Shown here piece after piece: positions 55,340-64,000 of a DNA stretch of 64,000 nt. How positions within the stretch are numbered: the stretch's first letter is position 1; each line of letters begins with the position of its first letter. The position numbers and the translations under genes were made by a program. A model generated the notes under the pieces. The model was not told where the DNA came from. It did not search any database and worked only from the letters and a program-made list of their open reading frames with translations. The stretch lies in the NCBI RefSeq assembly GCF_009914755.1, contig NC_060927.1, one strand, 5' to 3'. Source of the stretch: the human T2T-CHM13v2.0 reference genome, Homo sapiens.

Positions 55340-57020
55340 AGATTTTATCCTCTTTATTCTTAAGTGGTTTTGGGCAAAGGTCTCTTCTGGAGCTATTTCC
55401 TGCTGTGCATGGACGTAGTTCCTACATCTATTCTGGGTAGGAGTAGAAATCTATCATGGCTTAGTGGAAGGACCAATACTGTTCTGGGTTGGTGGTCTCT
55501 GGAACAAGATCGAAGGCTTGCATGACAATTAACTTGACATGCAATTGTCGTAGTCTGGAAGACACAAATTTTATCATTAGGTTAAATAAGCATGGTCCTA
55601 AAATTAAAAGAAGAAAGATAGTTACTAGATGCCCTAAGAGAGGAAGGGACCAAGATATGGGGTGTAAGGCTGAACTGAGAGCATTTCACGTTGAGGCAGC
55701 TGTTGAGTCCCCTTTGCAAAAAAAGCGTAACCATTTTGCCTGATTATAAATTGCTTGGATGTTAACATCTACTTGCTCTGTAGTATTTATCCAAGTGTAG
55801 TAGGATCTGCTGGTGACTGCATAAATGCCACCCTGTTCAGCTAATAAATAATGTAGTGCCAATTCGTTGTCCAACACCACGTTACCAAGAGAATTTAGGG
55901 AGATTTTTAGATCCTCCAGGGTCGGCCTTGCCTGGTCCACCATATGCCCTATCTGTTGCATTAAATTATGCAAAGTAACCTCATGGTAAGTGAACCCTCC
56001 CCAAGGAGCTGCTAGAATAAGAGCCATGCCTATTCCTGCTACGACCATGCTGAGGCCTCACTTTGCTCAAATAGAAGCCTGATGTTGGGAGATGGAGTTA
56101 TGGATAATTACTCAATTTATCTCTGTACATTATGTACACAAGAGTAGGCTCAAGCTAATGGGGTGAAGGTGTAAGGATAATGAGCAGTGGACCATGGGAG
56201 GTAGTTATTAGGGTATCCACAAAGAAAAATAATTCTGGGACAAGCACAAGTACAAATTTACTCATTGGTGTAATTGAGAATTATGAGGTGTAAATTATGA
56301 ACTGTGTAGATGGGGGACAGCAAACCATTGTCTATGTATTGCTCCATGGTTTTCTGTACTAGATGGTCATGAATGACCTTGGAGGTACCTTGTAGCATTG
56401 CATATCTGCCCCCATAGCTGAGCTTGTAATTTATCTTGAACCCTTGGGACAGTGTGAAGCTGTATTCCCAAAGTGGCAGGATATTACCCTGCCAATATTC
56501 ACATCACCCCTCGCAATCAGAAAGGGTTTTGTCAGCAGGTTTGGGCCCATATAGTCCTAGTAATTTTATATACGGGGCACCAATGAGTTATTTGTGCAAA
56601 CTTTTAAGTCAGAACCAGGGTACCAAGTAAAATTGTGACGAGAAGGTTGCAATGAATGCATCCTGCTCAGGTTCAGTTTAATTCCTCATTTTCTGTAGCC
56701 AGAGAATACATTTTAGCGGGAAGAAGCAAAGATCCCGATGGATGGGAAGCAGCCTGAGAGTTAAAGGATTAAAGGAGGCGGCTGTCTTCTATTAGCAGCT
56801 GCCCTCTATCAGTTGGGAGTAGATAGATTTAAAGAGGTTGTAAAAGGGACACTGGAAGAAAGTTGGGGATGCCGGGGACAGACAAAGAAGCTAAAAAGAG
56901 ATTCCCCCTTACTGATGACATTAGAGAAGTTGATCAAGTTATTTTGACTCCAGAAGCCTTGCACTCAAATTAAAGGAAAAAGGGTACAGCAAGACATAAA
57001 AGAGAGTATAGTGAGAGCAT
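55340..57020 (-). pseudogene. env: ERV env remnant, EnvV/PABL-like
   Basis: Signal-like MLSLYSLLCLAVPFF from 57020; TM fusion peptide ...AAPWGGFTYHEVTLHNL and ISD-like LGNVVLDNELALHYLLAEQGG; many stops and frameshifts. Confidence 0.85.
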
Positions 57021-57051
57021 GACTAATGTTTAGGGCAAAATGCAAGTCCTA

Positions 57052-57740
<689 letters not shown>

Positions 57741-57789
57741 TAGAAAAAGGAGACTAAGTAGACCTGTGTCAGTTATTTTTGTAGGAGTG

Positions 57790-61453
<3,664 letters not shown>

Positions 61454-62988
61454 TCAGTCAGAGGGGATAGCCTTCTCATCCAAGATGCTATAAAAGGAGT
61501 AGGCTGTGGAGGCTCACTTCATCTCCACTTCCCAGAATGGAGTGGACAATGCTTTCTCTAGTGTTCTTCCTTCTTGCAGCTAGCACACTGGTTTCATCCC
61601 AGCTTGCTGATGCCAGGAGTGGTTTAACCATGTCTCATCCAGGGTTTCTCTGTTGCATAGGGTTATCTTGAGGCAGACTTGTAATTATGGCAACTCAAAT
61701 TTGTGCCCTGTTTTTTTTTTCATTATCTTATTCTTCTCATCCTCCTCTGACTAGTCATGATTATTAAATACCTTAAAGGCTTGTGCTACAAATGCTGCCT
61801 GAGGGATGTGGGGGCTAGTTCCCAGCTTTTGGAGCTTTCTCTGAATGTCTGGTGCCACTTGGGTAATGAAATGTATGGCTAGAAGTGTATGACCCTCTGC
61901 ATGCTCCGGGTCTATATAACTTTACTTTCTGAAAGCCTCAGGGAGCCTGTTAAAGTACACAGCTGAATTGTCATTCCCTTCCTGAGTAATTTCCTTCACT
62001 TTGTTATAATTTACCAGCTTTGTCTGGTATTTCCTCATTCCCTCCAGTATTCAATTAAGGATATGGTTCATCTTTAGCTGATCCCTTCTATCCTTATGAA
62101 CTCACTGGGGGTTTTGGTCAGGGACTGCCACACCAGATGCCTGGTAAATGACATGGCCAGGATTAGATCTGGCTGTCTCATCTGCATATTCTCTAGCCTT
62201 TCCCAAGATCTGAGCCTTTTCCTCAGGAATACAACAGTGAGTTACACTATTGTAATATCTTGTCAAGTAAAAAAAAAAGAAATGTTAGACCCAACTTCGT
62301 AAATTCATCTCTAAGCTTATCTGAATTTTCTGAGAACTGGCTGAACTGATCCTTGCGTTCGCTTATGTCTGACATTGAAAAGGGTACATGTAGCTGAGCT
62401 GTCCCTCCAGTCCTTTCCATCATATCCCAGTGGGGAAAGCAGCTCTGGTCTGATGGGACAGTGAAGGAAAGCATTAACTTGGAACCTGATTGGAGCCCCA
62501 TTGGGGATATCACCAGAGGTTGTTGGGAAATGGAAAAAGAATGCTTCCCTGACCTAGCCTGATATGGAGCAGGCTCAGAGTGGGAGGAAGGGGGGCCTAG
62601 GAGAGGAAAAGTACCCAGTGATCTAGAGTGTCAAGATCTCAGGCAGAAGTGGACTCCTCTGTCAATTGATGTTTAAGAGATGCCACACAAACTCAGCAGG
62701 AGTCCCAAAGTTTGGGATCCTGATGTAATTTCATAAAGGCTTGCACATATGGAATTTCAACCCATTTATTAGAAATTCTACAATTTAAATTCAAATGTTA
62801 AATGGTATTATAATTCAAAAACCCATTCTCAGGCCATTTTTCTTGGTCTTCCAGGGGATACTGAGACCAAGCGACATTACAGAGGATCATGAGCTTATTT
62901 TTCTTTTAGATTATCCAATTTAAATTTACCCCGGTTATTGAGAATATACCTTATGGAAGAATCTCTTTGGACATGGGGAATTTACCAT
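61454..62988 (-). pseudogene. gag: ERV gag remnant
   Basis: ATG at 62988; MA CNVAWSQYPLEDQEKWPENG...EIPYVQAF; HVPFSMSD; MHR-like ITQEGNDNSAVYFNRL; single zinc knuckle CASCKKEEH*RKHC; ends GAC TGA GGG. Confidence 0.9.
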
Positions 62989-63845
62989 GGTAGAATTGGT
63001 GGCCTGCAATCAAAGGGCTGGCGAGGGTGAAATCCTTAACTCCAACTGTCACAAAGTTTATAGTAATGATCCTGGTCCCAGTAACCCTGCTTCCTTCAGG
63101 TCTCTGGCAAGGGCTAAACAGACTAAAGAGGATATAGAAAGAGAAGTTTTCTGAGGGAGGAGTCTGAGACCATTTAGCTCTAAAATCTTTTTCCCTTGGT
63201 TTTTAAAATCTTCTAATTTCTTTACTTTGCACCAGTTCCAAGTAGTGTTCACTCTACACCCACATTCATTAATACTGACTCTGTAATAAGAAATGAGATG
63301 ATAGACTAGACAAATGAAAAGGGGACAGAGGTGATCTGGCCTAGTAAGTAAGTCTTCTTCCAGGGACTGTGGACGGTTGGTTCACACAGGCAACAGGCAC
63401 CAGTGAGTGGGACACATTTTCACTTAGACAACTGACAAAACAAACTGCAAACTTCTAGGCCCCACAAAGAAGATAAGAGTCGAGGGGAATACTGAGAGGT
63501 TTCAAAGTTCAAAACCTGACAGAACTCTAGGTTGCCAGCTAATACCTAGCAGGCACAGACACAGGGAACACTTCCTCATTCAACACCAGATGTGAGAGCT
63601 GGAATCACTCCAATTACCCACACAGAATCAGAAAAACCTGGATTCCTAGCCCAAAACCAGTGGGGCTAGTTGGCAATACCCCGACTGTCCTAATAAGATA
63701 ACTCAAATGGAAACAAAACTCCTAAGGAGCGGAACAAGCTGGAAAGGAAGAGTGTCAAAATGAGGAAAGGAAGAGGAAGCTGGAAAGGAAAAGAGAGAAA
63801 GAGAAAAAGAAAAGGGAATGAGTATCGATCCGGAGTCTGGATTTG

Positions 63846-63852
63846 ACTCACC
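63846..63852 (-). promoter_or_regulatory. Candidate major splice donor of the provirus leader
   Basis: G/GTGAGT on the minus strand about 125 nt downstream of the inferred 5' LTR end. Confidence 0.4.
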
Positions 63853-64000
63853 AAAGTGTCAATGCCGAAACAATGGTCCGGAGTGGCTGCTTTCGTTCAC
63901 CCCTGGTTAGTCATCTACATCCTCTGGGCAGCTTCCTTCACTCCCACCAGATGCTAAAAGGAGAGTCCCATGAGATATTACTGGCACCCCTATGCATTCC

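Overview
AT-rich primate genomic DNA, most likely hominid given the AluY and L1PA2-type copies, and dominated by transposable elements. I found no host protein-coding gene, RNA gene or CpG island; nearly all listed ORFs are repeat-derived or chance ORFs. Main contents: several L1 generations (including an L1 nested in an L1 with a 15-bp TSD and a young L1PA2-type insertion), about ten Alus, a complete THE1D-type MaLR inside a MER50-type LTR, a Tigger3 inside an old L1 that itself carries an AluSc, MLT1/LTR40-like/L2/MIR relics, and a near-complete but decayed class I (gamma-like) provirus on the minus strand (about 54.8 kb to the window end) with an EnvV/PABL-like env. The most notable structures are a TSD-bounded L1 3' transduction with a 5' inversion (17.0-17.5 kb), a 7-11 nt twin-priming micro-inversion at the 5' end of the L1PA2, and a template-switch hairpin inside an old L1. 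I found no support for a wholly new biological system. Subfamily names come from recalled consensus sequences, not database searches.
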